DNA of 64,000 nt from Clostridia bacterium (GTDB taxonomy: Bacteria; Bacillota; Clostridia; Oscillospirales; CAG-272), in NCBI GenBank assembly GCA_017621655.1, contig JAGASS010000025.1, positions 11,157 through 75,156 on the forward strand. Direction: 5' to 3'. This document shows, piece by piece, positions 35,046-42,847 of the stretch (the stretch's first letter is position 1; every line of letters starts with the position of its first letter). A model generated the notes under the pieces. It saw only the letters and a program-made list of their open reading frames with translations. It did no database searches and had not been told where the DNA came from. A program made the position numbers and the translations under genes.

Positions 35046-35938
35046 CTGATCTTTTTGAAATTTCCGTAAGTTTCATTCACGGTTTCGCAATATGAGAAGG
35101 TATTGTCGTACTTTGAGAGAATGTTTTTGAAATCGACCATCTGGTGCTTATTTACGACGCAGAGAAGAACCGTATTTTCGGTATTCCCGTAGGAACCGAC
35201 CGCACTGACACGTGTCGTTCCGTGGCGAAGCTTATCGAAGATCTCGGCGGTTATTTCATCCGGATGCGTCGTTATCACCGTAAACTTATATGCTTGCTTC
35301 GTGCCCGTGATTATATAGTTGCCTACAAAGGTTGCAAGGAAGCAGTAGAGTACGCAGAGACATATCGGCTCGTAATTATATACGATCCTTCCGCTTTCAT
35401 CAGGCACGGCGTATACGAAAAATGATACGACTGCAACGACAGCGTTAAGAATAAAGGTGACGTAGAAAAAGTTTAGCTCGGGCTTGACTTTGCTTATATA
35501 TCTTGAAATTATATCGGTGCCGCCCGTCGACGAGCTTACTTTGAAGCAAAAGGCGTTGACCGCTCCGCTGATAACTCCGCTGAGTATTACCGGAAAGATC
35601 GTATTGTGACCGTCTGCATTGTACTGAAATGCCGTAAAGCCGATCTTCTGAAAAAGCATAAACGAAAAGGAATAGACGAGGCAGAAGAATAACGACCGTT
35701 TTGCAAAAACTCGGTCAATGAAAAAATACGCAAGGATACAAAGCGGAATATTTATCAACAGCGACATATAGCCGATGCTTATTCCCGTTTTATACTGTAT
35801 CATTGTAGTAATTCCGCCTACACCTGCCGGGGCGAAGTTGTTTTTGACGATGAAAAGGTAATAATTAAGCGCCAAAATGATACCGAGGAAGAATATCAGG
35901 ATATACTCTGATACCGTTAAAATCTTTCTGGCTTTCAT
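35042..35938 (-). CDS. YitT-family membrane protein (DUF2179 C-terminal domain)
   Basis: The SSTGGTDIISRYI motif. Start trimmed to ATG 35938, just after the NUDIX stop. Confidence 0.8.
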   Translation of the reverse strand: MKARKILTVSEYILIFFLGIILALNYYLFIVKNNFAPAGVGGITTMIQYKTGISIGYMSLLINIPLCILAYFFIDRVFAKRSLFFCLVYSFSFMLFQKIGFTAFQYNADGHNTIFPVILSGVISGAVNAFCFKVSSSTGGTDIISRYISKVKPELNFFYVTFILNAVVAVVSFFVYAVPDESGRIVYNYEPICLCVLYCFLATFVGNYIITGTKQAYKFTVITTHPDEITAEIFDKLRHGTTRVSAVGSYGNTENTVLLCVVNKHQMVDFKNILSKYDNTFSYCETVNETYGNFKKIR

Positions 35939-35946
35939 AAACACAT

Positions 35947-36471
35947 CTACCCCTTTTGTCCTCGGCTTTTGAGCCACTTGTCATATTCTTCGAGCGCGGC
36001 GGCATCGCGCGCCTGAATGTATTTTTTCTGAGCCGTCTCGGGATTTGATTCCGTTATTTTTTTGACGAGCGTTTCGTAAGGTACCCAAAGGAGCTTGACG
36101 TTAACGGCGCGTTCCTTCGGTGTCAGACGGTTTTTCTCGATGTGCTTTTCCGCCTTGACTGCAAAGTAGAAGGATTTTTGAGTAAAATTGTGACACGCGC
36201 GGTTCTCGTAAACGTAGCCAAGAACGCGTATTTTATCGCACGAGCAGCCCGTTTCCTCAAAAATCTCGCGCTTGAGCGCATCGATAAGTCCCTCGCCCTT
36301 TTCAACTCCGCCGCCGGGTAGAGAATAGAGGTCGAATTTCTCGGTGTACATAAGCGCGTATTTTCCGTCACGGCGCCGAAGAACGGCACGCGCGGCGAGA
36401 CGCGGAGTGTGGTTTGAAAGTCCTTCTTCGCCAAGGAGGACCGAGTCGTTCAGATCTTTGAGCTTTTTCAT
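35947..36471 (-). CDS. NUDIX hydrolase
   Basis: Nudix box GGGVEKGEGLIDALKREIFEETG. Confidence 0.85.
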   Translation of the reverse strand: MKKLKDLNDSVLLGEEGLSNHTPRLAARAVLRRRDGKYALMYTEKFDLYSLPGGGVEKGEGLIDALKREIFEETGCSCDKIRVLGYVYENRACHNFTQKSFYFAVKAEKHIEKNRLTPKERAVNVKLLWVPYETLVKKITESNPETAQKKYIQARDAAALEEYDKWLKSRGQKG

Positions 36472-36502
36472 TTGTCGGTCTCCTTTCGGAAGATTTGATG
36501 CG

Positions 36503-37306
36503 TTACTTTATCGGCTGACCCGCCTTGCGGTGATGTCTTGCCTTGTAGGATGCAGGGAGAAACGCCGCGATGACGGGCTTTAGCGTCATCAGCTTATACT
36601 TGAACGGCGCGTTCGTTTCCTTATAATATTTAAGATAGACCTTGCGAATACCGAGCGCCGCCTTGACGGTGCGTTTTTTGTAATCGGAAATACTTTCCTG
36701 ATAGAGATAAAGCGGATCGGGAAGATTCACGCCCTTGTATCCTGCGATCGCAAAGCGGAACCACAGGTCAAGATCCTCGCATCTCATCGTCTCGGGGGAA
36801 ACTCGGTAACCGCCGAGCGCGTCAAGGACGCTTTTGCGCATCATTATCGTCGGATGAGCAAAGGGTGAAGACGTAAGGAAAACGCTTTTTATCGGATCGC
36901 ATTCGTAAATGCGGTTGTAGAGAAGCTTGTCCCCGTCTTTTATGGTAAGGGAGGTGCCGAGGAGGTCAATTTCCTGATGAGCGTCAAGAAAAGCGACCTG
37001 CTTTTCAAAGCGCTCGGGGCAGGAAAGATCGTCGGCGTCCATTCTCGCGATATATTCGCCCTCCGCAACAGATAGACAGTGATTGAGCGAATACGCAAGG
37101 CGCATGTTTTTCTCGTTTTTCAGCACCTTAATATTAGAGTGCTTCTCGGCATAAGCAAGCGCGAGCGCGTAAGTGCCGTCAGTTGAGCCGTCGTCACACA
37201 TTATAAGCTCATAGTCGGTGTAGGTCTGCGCGAGGATCGACTCGATAGCCGCGCCGAGCGTCGCTTCACAGTTATATATACCCATTATAACCGAGATCTT
37301 ACTCAT
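36503..37306 (-). CDS. family 2 glycosyltransferase
   Basis: MSKISVIMGIYNCEATLGAAIESILAQTYTDYELIMCDDGSTDGT at the trimmed start 37306. The track extension runs into repeat R14. Confidence 0.85.
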   Translation of the reverse strand: MSKISVIMGIYNCEATLGAAIESILAQTYTDYELIMCDDGSTDGTYALALAYAEKHSNIKVLKNEKNMRLAYSLNHCLSVAEGEYIARMDADDLSCPERFEKQVAFLDAHQEIDLLGTSLTIKDGDKLLYNRIYECDPIKSVFLTSSPFAHPTIMMRKSVLDALGGYRVSPETMRCEDLDLWFRFAIAGYKGVNLPDPLYLYQESISDYKKRTVKAALGIRKVYLKYYKETNAPFKYKLMTLKPVIAAFLPASYKARHHRKAGQPIK

Positions 37307-37402
37307 TTCCCCACGCCTTTCAAATAATAATAAATATATAATAACAGAATAAGGATGAAAAGTCAATGTTTTTGTTGTGTTATGCGTTGCGGTCAGGCGT
37401 TC

Positions 37403-37785
37403 CCGTAGGGGCGCCCCTACGAGGACGTTCAAAATTCTCTTGTAGGGGCGAGCATTGCTCGCCCGTTCGGTCGTAAAGTAACATCGTTTTTTGCGGGGCG
37501 TCGAGGACGTCGCCCCCTACAATAACGTGGCGAAGCTTCTAGACGCTGTCTTGCCTTCCCCAGCGGGGGAAGGTGTCGGCGAAGCCGACGGATGAGGTGT
37601 TCGGGTGTGATGTAACATTGTTTTTGTAACGGCGGGAGCGCGTGGGGTTCCCCGATGCGAATGAAATGAGCTTTGGGGGTTCCGAGCATACCCCCGCCCT
37701 ACGGTGCGTCGAGGACGTCGCACCCTACAAAGACGCGGCGAAGCTTCGACATGCTATTTTGCCCTCTCCAAGGGGAAGGCAAGAC
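37403..37785. repeat. REP/BIME-like composite repeat cluster R14
   Basis: GTAGGGGCGCCCCTAC, GTAG-GGGCGAGCATTGCTCGCCC, GGGGCGTCGAGGACGTCGCCCC-CTAC, the scaffold with GTCGGCGAAGCCGAC, GGCGGG..(nested insert)..CCCGCC-CTAC and GGTGCGTCGAGGACGTCGCACC-CTAC. Confidence 0.85.
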
Positions 37786-37845
37786 AACGCCCCTGCTCAC
37801 CCGCCAATTATTCATTATTCATTCTTTCATTATTCATCATTCATT

Positions 37846-37878
37846 AAAAAAGCACCCGCCAAAGCGGATGCTCTTTTC
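37846..37878 (-). terminator. terminator downstream of the 297-aa gene
   Basis: On the minus strand, GAGCATCCGC-TTTG-GCGGGTGCT followed by TTTTTTA. Confidence 0.6.
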
Positions 37879-37887
37879 TTGACTATT

Positions 37888-38781
37888 TTATGGCTGATAT
37901 GCCGTAGACCAGATACGCGCCTTATAGAAGCGTCCGCCCGTTGTCGAAACGGTCTTAAGGGTGCGTGTCTTTCCGTCGATATAATACACTAAGGTGGTGT
38001 TCCAGCCGCCGGTACCGTTCCAATTATCGGGAAGTCCGTCGTGCTCGGTATAGAAGAAGTCTCCGTTCTCAAAATAGCCGACCGATCTGATCCACTTGGC
38101 TTTAGCTCCTTCAACGTCCGCATACGCTTCGGTAAAGGTCTTCTTTACCTTATCGAAGCAATAAACGTGATTCGCGGTCGTGATGAGGAGAACGTCGTCG
38201 TTACCCGTACACGGCTGAAGGTCGTGCAGACCTCCGTCGGGAGTCGTGACGCTCAATTCTTCGTTCTTAACGAGCGTTACCGTACCGTCAGCGTTAAGCG
38301 TCACTTCATAAGCGTAGAGCATATTACTGCCCGCGCACCAGAGGACGTCGTTTTTCGGGTCCCAAAGAACGCCGTGTGCATCGGTATGATCAATCGTCAG
38401 CTTCGGCTCGTCGGGGTTGTCGGAGTTAATATCGAAAAATGCGACCGCATTGCCCGATGAACCTGCAACCGCAACTATACCGTTTTGAAGAAGCTCAATG
38501 CTGTGAGCGTTACTTGGAGCGTTGCCCGTTCTCCAGATGACCTCCTTGGTATCGTAAGACACCATTTCGGCGCACGGTCCGCCAACCATAAGCACTACGT
38601 CGCCGTAGGGGGCTATATTGCGGACCTTGAATCCGCTTATCGTATTGCAGAACTCAGTCGTACAGCTCCAGATGGGGTCGTTCATTTCGCCTTTTGCTAT
38701 GTCGTAAAGCGCGACCTTTTTCTCGGGACGCTGAATTCCAAGCCCGATCAGCCGTTTTTCTTTTCCGTTATTTCCGCACAT
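37888..38781 (-). CDS. uncharacterised beta-propeller-like protein, paralog of the C-terminal domain of the 1077-aa protein
   Basis: Aligns by eye along its whole length with residues ~790-1077 of the 39281-42514 product (shared VYDIA.G.MN.PIW, APYGDVVL, EMVSYDTKE.IWRT, DAHGVLWDP, GG.HDLQP, GRFYK.R.W...YQP). No signal peptide. It may belong to a DUF family, but this was not verified. Confidence 0.7.
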   Translation of the reverse strand: MCGNNGKEKRLIGLGIQRPEKKVALYDIAKGEMNDPIWSCTTEFCNTISGFKVRNIAPYGDVVLMVGGPCAEMVSYDTKEVIWRTGNAPSNAHSIELLQNGIVAVAGSSGNAVAFFDINSDNPDEPKLTIDHTDAHGVLWDPKNDVLWCAGSNMLYAYEVTLNADGTVTLVKNEELSVTTPDGGLHDLQPCTGNDDVLLITTANHVYCFDKVKKTFTEAYADVEGAKAKWIRSVGYFENGDFFYTEHDGLPDNWNGTGGWNTTLVYYIDGKTRTLKTVSTTGGRFYKARIWSTAYQP

Positions 38782-38825
38782 AAATTTCTCCGTTAAAATG
38801 TTGATTGGATAAAAACCGTACCATT

Positions 38826-38855
38826 ATTATACTCTCACGGCGCAAAAAATGTCAA
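38826..38855 (-). promoter_or_regulatory. sigma-A-type promoter for the 297-aa gene
   Basis: The minus strand reads TTGACA, 18 nt spacer, TATAAT. Confidence 0.55.
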
Positions 38856-39091
38856 GCGTTTTATGCCGCGTTTAACTAAAATCTCCAAGCTTGGGAAAAC
38901 GGGCTTGGTCTTACCGAATTATAAAATGAAGGAGGTCGGCTTTAACGTCGTAGGAATCGCAGAATTTGCATTGAAGAGAATGAAGCTGAAAGAGGGCGAA
39001 TGCGAGAATGTCCTTTCGGGTTAAAGCTTCAAGGAAAAGACCGTTTTCACCCCCTGCGAGCTTCAATTTTTGAGAAAGATCCGATTAAACG

Positions 39092-39126
39092 ACAAAAAGC
39101 TCCACCCGAAGGTGGAGCTTTTCTCT
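39092..39126 (-). terminator. terminator after the small peptide gene
   Basis: On the minus strand, AAGCTCCACC-TTCG-GGTGGAGCTT followed by TTTGTCG. Confidence 0.75.
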
Positions 39127-39134
39127 TTTAATTA

Positions 39135-39266
39135 TTACTCGCCGAAGGGATTGAAGCCCGGGAATGCGAAATTACCGAGAGCAAAGTCAAGTCCGGAGGT
39201 AGTAATAACGTCTTCGTTTTCAAATACTACTACGTTCATAGTAGGCATTTCAAATTTCTTTTCCAT
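39135..39266 (-). CDS. 43-aa small peptide, candidate secreted or modified peptide
   Basis: Hidden inside the 97-aa track ORF 39135..39428. ATG 39266 has GGAG 8 nt upstream, and that RBS sits right after the stop of the 1077-aa gene. Product: MEKKFEMPTMNVVVFENEDVITTSGLDFALGNFAFPGFNPFGE. Confidence 0.55.
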   Translation of the reverse strand: MEKKFEMPTMNVVVFENEDVITTSGLDFALGNFAFPGFNPFGE

Positions 39267-39280
39267 TATTATAACTCCTT

Positions 39281-42200
39281 TCACGGCTGATAATCTGTGT
39301 ACCATACGCGGCACTTGTAGAAGCGTCCCTGATCCGAAGGAACAGTGGTAAGCTCGCCGTCGGCGGGAACGTAGGTGAGATACGTAGTATTCCAACCGCC
39401 GCCGCTGTTGTCGTTTACACCGTCCCAATACATATAGATCATGTCGCCGTTTTTGAAGAAGCCGACTCCCTTAACGTGACCTTCTTCGATGATAGGCGTA
39501 CAGGTACCGTTGGTCTTATCGACAATGTAAACGTGAGCCGCAGCCGAAACGATGAGCTTATTCACGTCTCCCGTAACGGGCTGAAGATCGTGTGCTCCGC
39601 CTTCGGGAAGCACTACGCTGAGTTCTTCATCCTTGGTAACGGTAACCGTACCGTCGTCGTTAAGAACCACCTTATATGCGGAAAGCAGATTATCACCTGC
39701 TGCCCAGAGAACCTCATAAGTAGGATCCCAGAGAACTCCGTGTGCGTCGTTGAAGTACATTTCATATATGCACTCGGAGGGATTCTCGCCGTGGAGATTG
39801 AAGAAGGTAAGCGTACATCCGGGCGCGGTAGCGTGACTGGGGGAGTTGGTGCCGCCCGTTACGATGATGCCGTTAGAAAGGATATCGATAGAGTGAGTGT
39901 TACCCGACGAATCCGTCGTTCTCCAGATAAGCTCCTTGGTGTCGTAAGATACCATTTCAGCGATCTTTCCTGCCGCGGTAAGAACTACGTCGCCGTAAGG
40001 AGCGTAGTTACGGAACTTGAAGCCGCTGATCGTGGTAGCGGTGGTCTTATACGTCCAAATAGGAGTATTCATATTGCCCGTCGCAATATCGTAAACCTCG
40101 ATCTGGTTCTTACTCTGGTTAGCCATACCGACGAGAAGCTGCTTATCCTCTCTTGCCTCTTCGTTGAGATCGTAGAGAGACTTAAGAAGAGTAAGCTGTT
40201 TGTCGGAGAGCTGACCTACGTTACCTTCATCAAGAGCTATCTTGATGTAGGAGTAGAGAGATACGTTGTAGGTCTCTTCCTTATCGCCGCTTACTACCTT
40301 GATAGCGTCGGCAACGTGATACTTGCCCGCTACGGGAGTAACGTCGAAGTAGTAGATGTTAGTATTTGCTACGTTATTAAGCGTAAGCTCAGTGCCGTTA
40401 AGGTAAACCTTAGCGTTGTTCTCGATGATAAAATGATGACGGAGGAACATATTTCCGTTTGCGTCAAAGTCGATATTGAAGAGCTTGTATTCAGCACCTT
40501 CAATAACGTTGCCCGTAACGCCGTAATCGTCGAGATCGCCTGCCTGAGGTCCGACTACGGTAACGATCTTATCCTCGTAATCGGCGTTATCCTTGTTCAG
40601 ATAGTTATCAAGCGCATTACCATTATTGGTTTCAGCGTTTTCAAGAGCAGTATTATCGTATCCGCACTTGTCGCAGACGTTGTCGTCACCGTAGGTACAA
40701 GCTTCTTCGGCTATATCCGTGTCGTCGCAGCAGATACGGTTAAATCTGTGAGTTCCCTTGCCCGTATTGACGTAAACGCCTTCCGAAGCATGGTTGTTCT
40801 TGTCTACATCACCGAAGGTCATCTTACAGTTAGTACAGGTCTCGGGAGTGTTACAGGTTGCAGTCGTACGGTTGGTATGAGTACACTCATAATCGCAGAT
40901 AGCGCATACGCCGTCGTTCTTCGACCAGTCGTGTACTGCATAGCTGAGCTTTTCGTCACAACCGTGGTTACATGCGTACCAGTGACCGACCTCATCGGCA
41001 GTCCACTCGGTAGCGGGAGCGTGAGCGTTCTCGTCAAGAGGGATCACGACGTCGGTGTTGAACAGTACGGAGGTTGCATCTGCATTAGCGTAAAGCACGC
41101 CGCAGGAGCACTTCCAATGCTCCAGGTTGCCGGGTTTTCCGTTAACGCAGTCAGGAGCAGTATAAGGAACCTTGGTAAGAGTTTCAGCGGAGCAGGGGTG
41201 ATCACTCTTGCAATTTACTTCGAGGTATTCTATTCTGGCACCGCAATAATCCGCGTCGTAGGAGTTTGCGTTCGCATTGACTCTGGTCATAAGGTAAATG
41301 GATTCGCCTGCCTCGAGGTGCACCGAGGTTTTAAGTGCAAAATCGAATGTAAGACCGTGTCTCGTTGTCGTAGCGGAGGGATTGTAGGTAGTACTTTCAT
41401 TAAGTACTTCCATTTTGCTGTTCAAGAGCAGGAAATCGTTGGAGAATATTTTTCCGGTGTTAGCATTATAATCCCATTCCTTATAGAACTTGGCATCAAA
41501 GAGATACTCTCCTGCGATAGGCGCAGTAAACTCGATTACCGATGAGTAATCATAACCTGCGTTCATAGGAAGCATTCTGACTTTTTCGCCCGCGAGCCAG
41601 AAGAACTTACTCGTAGAAGCAGTAATGCCGGTTACAGTTGCCGCACCGTTTGCATAATTAAGATTATCGAGGAACTCTCCGGTTACATGGTTGTATCCTC
41701 TAAGAGTAAATGCGTTGTTGGTTCCGCATACAGCGCCCGTAAGGTCGGACGAGAACTCGTACGTTACGAAATCTTCCTCGTCAAGCTTCGCGATAACGAG
41801 CTCGTCTATACCTGCGCCACAAAGCTTATTATCCGCTTGGGCAAGAGTCATAGTTCCGTACGCATTAGCGGTAAAGTAAAGGACGTCGCCCTTTTTAAGC
41901 GCAACAAGGCCCTTGAGGGTTCCCTCAAAATCCTCGGTCAGCTCGGGAGCAGTAGCGTTGATCTCGACAGTGCCCTTCTTTACCTTGAATATAACCTGCT
42001 TTGTTCCGGATCCGTCCGCGTTATATCCGAGAGAGTGCACGACCTCCTTGTACGAATAAATACCGTCCTCAGGAGCAGTAAAGGCAACAGCCAATTCCGT
42101 AGCTTTGGTAGGCTTGCTGATGTCCTGGTTCGCATCGGAAAAATTGAAGGGGTTCACTCGAAGGTCAGAGCCTTCGCTCTTGTCATAGTAAAAGTGTTTG

Positions 42201-42514
42201 TAAGAAGCCCATGCGTTCTGTTTACTCCACTTTTCAGCGCTTGCACCGGCGACAATATTCGCTGCGCCCCAAGCGATCTGGTTCCATGCAGGCGCCCAAG
42301 CGGAGACGTTTCTAAAAGCGCCACCAGAATTGCCGAAATCACCGATTTGGAAAGGACCGTCGGTACCGTTTCCGGTGTAGAACGCACCGGGATCCATGAT
42401 CCACTCGGTTTCATCGGCTTCCACTGCGTGTACGTCGATAATCGGACGGGAGATTATGAACGTCGACGCAACCATGAAACACGCGAGTAGAAATGAAAGT
42501 ATGCGTTTTTTCAT
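39281..42514 (-). CDS. large secreted multidomain protein (signal peptide, two beta-rich regions, Cys/His-rich block, C-terminal propeller-like domain)
   Basis: 1077-aa ORF with signal peptide MKKRILSFLLACFMVASTFIISRPIIDVHA. It contains a Cys-rich block of about 180 aa and a C-terminal domain paralogous to the 37888-38781 product. Confidence 0.85.
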   Translation of the reverse strand: MKKRILSFLLACFMVASTFIISRPIIDVHAVEADETEWIMDPGAFYTGNGTDGPFQIGDFGNSGGAFRNVSAWAPAWNQIAWGAANIVAGASAEKWSKQNAWASYKHFYYDKSEGSDLRVNPFNFSDANQDISKPTKATELAVAFTAPEDGIYSYKEVVHSLGYNADGSGTKQVIFKVKKGTVEINATAPELTEDFEGTLKGLVALKKGDVLYFTANAYGTMTLAQADNKLCGAGIDELVIAKLDEEDFVTYEFSSDLTGAVCGTNNAFTLRGYNHVTGEFLDNLNYANGAATVTGITASTSKFFWLAGEKVRMLPMNAGYDYSSVIEFTAPIAGEYLFDAKFYKEWDYNANTGKIFSNDFLLLNSKMEVLNESTTYNPSATTTRHGLTFDFALKTSVHLEAGESIYLMTRVNANANSYDADYCGARIEYLEVNCKSDHPCSAETLTKVPYTAPDCVNGKPGNLEHWKCSCGVLYANADATSVLFNTDVVIPLDENAHAPATEWTADEVGHWYACNHGCDEKLSYAVHDWSKNDGVCAICDYECTHTNRTTATCNTPETCTNCKMTFGDVDKNNHASEGVYVNTGKGTHRFNRICCDDTDIAEEACTYGDDNVCDKCGYDNTALENAETNNGNALDNYLNKDNADYEDKIVTVVGPQAGDLDDYGVTGNVIEGAEYKLFNIDFDANGNMFLRHHFIIENNAKVYLNGTELTLNNVANTNIYYFDVTPVAGKYHVADAIKVVSGDKEETYNVSLYSYIKIALDEGNVGQLSDKQLTLLKSLYDLNEEAREDKQLLVGMANQSKNQIEVYDIATGNMNTPIWTYKTTATTISGFKFRNYAPYGDVVLTAAGKIAEMVSYDTKELIWRTTDSSGNTHSIDILSNGIIVTGGTNSPSHATAPGCTLTFFNLHGENPSECIYEMYFNDAHGVLWDPTYEVLWAAGDNLLSAYKVVLNDDGTVTVTKDEELSVVLPEGGAHDLQPVTGDVNKLIVSAAAHVYIVDKTNGTCTPIIEEGHVKGVGFFKNGDMIYMYWDGVNDNSGGGWNTTYLTYVPADGELTTVPSDQGRFYKCRVWYTDYQP

Positions 42515-42643
42515 AAAATTTTCCTCCTTTAAGGTTTTTTAATTTTTCATTAAAAATTCTATAATATTCCGTTTTTTGCTCAAAGAATCCCCTTATTCTT
42601 CGATTGAAAAACAGAGTTATAGCGGAGAGTATACCTATTTTAG

Positions 42644-42673
42644 ATTATACATTATTTAGCGCGAAGTTGTCAA
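42644..42673 (-). promoter_or_regulatory. sigma-A-type promoter for the 1077-aa gene
   Basis: The minus strand reads TTGACA, 18 nt spacer, TATAAT, about 130 nt upstream of the start. Confidence 0.55.
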
Positions 42674-42791
42674 CCGTTTTGCCAAGCTTCGTTTTAGAAT
42701 TTTCAGCTTATTATTTGGCAAAAATGACTATTTTGTCCCGTCAATTTGATAATTTCTCCCAAAATTTTCAGAACAAATGTTTGCTTTTGTA

Positions 42792-42821
42792 TTGACAAAG
42801 AACATCTGTTCGTGTTATAAT
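42792..42821 (+). promoter_or_regulatory. sigma-A-type promoter for dinB
   Basis: TTGACA, 18 nt spacer, TATAAT. Confidence 0.65.
42799..42813 (+). promoter_or_regulatory. LexA (Cheo/SOS) box overlapping the dinB promoter spacer
   Basis: AGAACATCTGTTCGT matches the Gram-positive consensus GAAC-N4-GTTC. Confidence 0.7.
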
Positions 42822-42847
42822 CAGCTTGACGAGGGGGGGGTGATAGC

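Noticed and set aside
16492-37432. Track ORF starts that extend genes 5' into repeats or past good RBSs (16492..17922, 25225..26385, 26407..27471, 28769..29863, 35042..35977, 36503..37432, 51790..53349, 61000..61431).
   Set aside because: In each case an internal start with a Shine-Dalgarno motif yields the canonical family N-terminus (a lipobox or known motif). The extensions are read through repeat DNA or the upstream gene.
37807-37846. Short AT-rich heptamer-like tandem repeat (ATTATTC ATTATTC ATTCTTTC ATTATTC ATCATTC).
   Set aside because: It has only about 5 imperfect units, sits between a repeat cluster and a terminator, and has no nearby gene start that it could phase-vary.
38926-39024. 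32-codon plus-strand ORF (MKEVGFNVVGIAEFALKRMKLKEGECENVLSG) between the two paralogous genes.
   Set aside because: It has no convincing RBS spacing (the GGAGG lies inside the ORF), no recognisable family and no terminator of its own. It is probably chance or a gene remnant.
39476-42490. 689-aa and 267-aa plus-strand ORFs (39476..41545 and 41687..42490).
   Set aside because: Both lie antisense within the 1077-aa gene, which has a signal peptide, an RBS, a promoter and a paralog. The antisense products are V/R/I-rich with no motifs.
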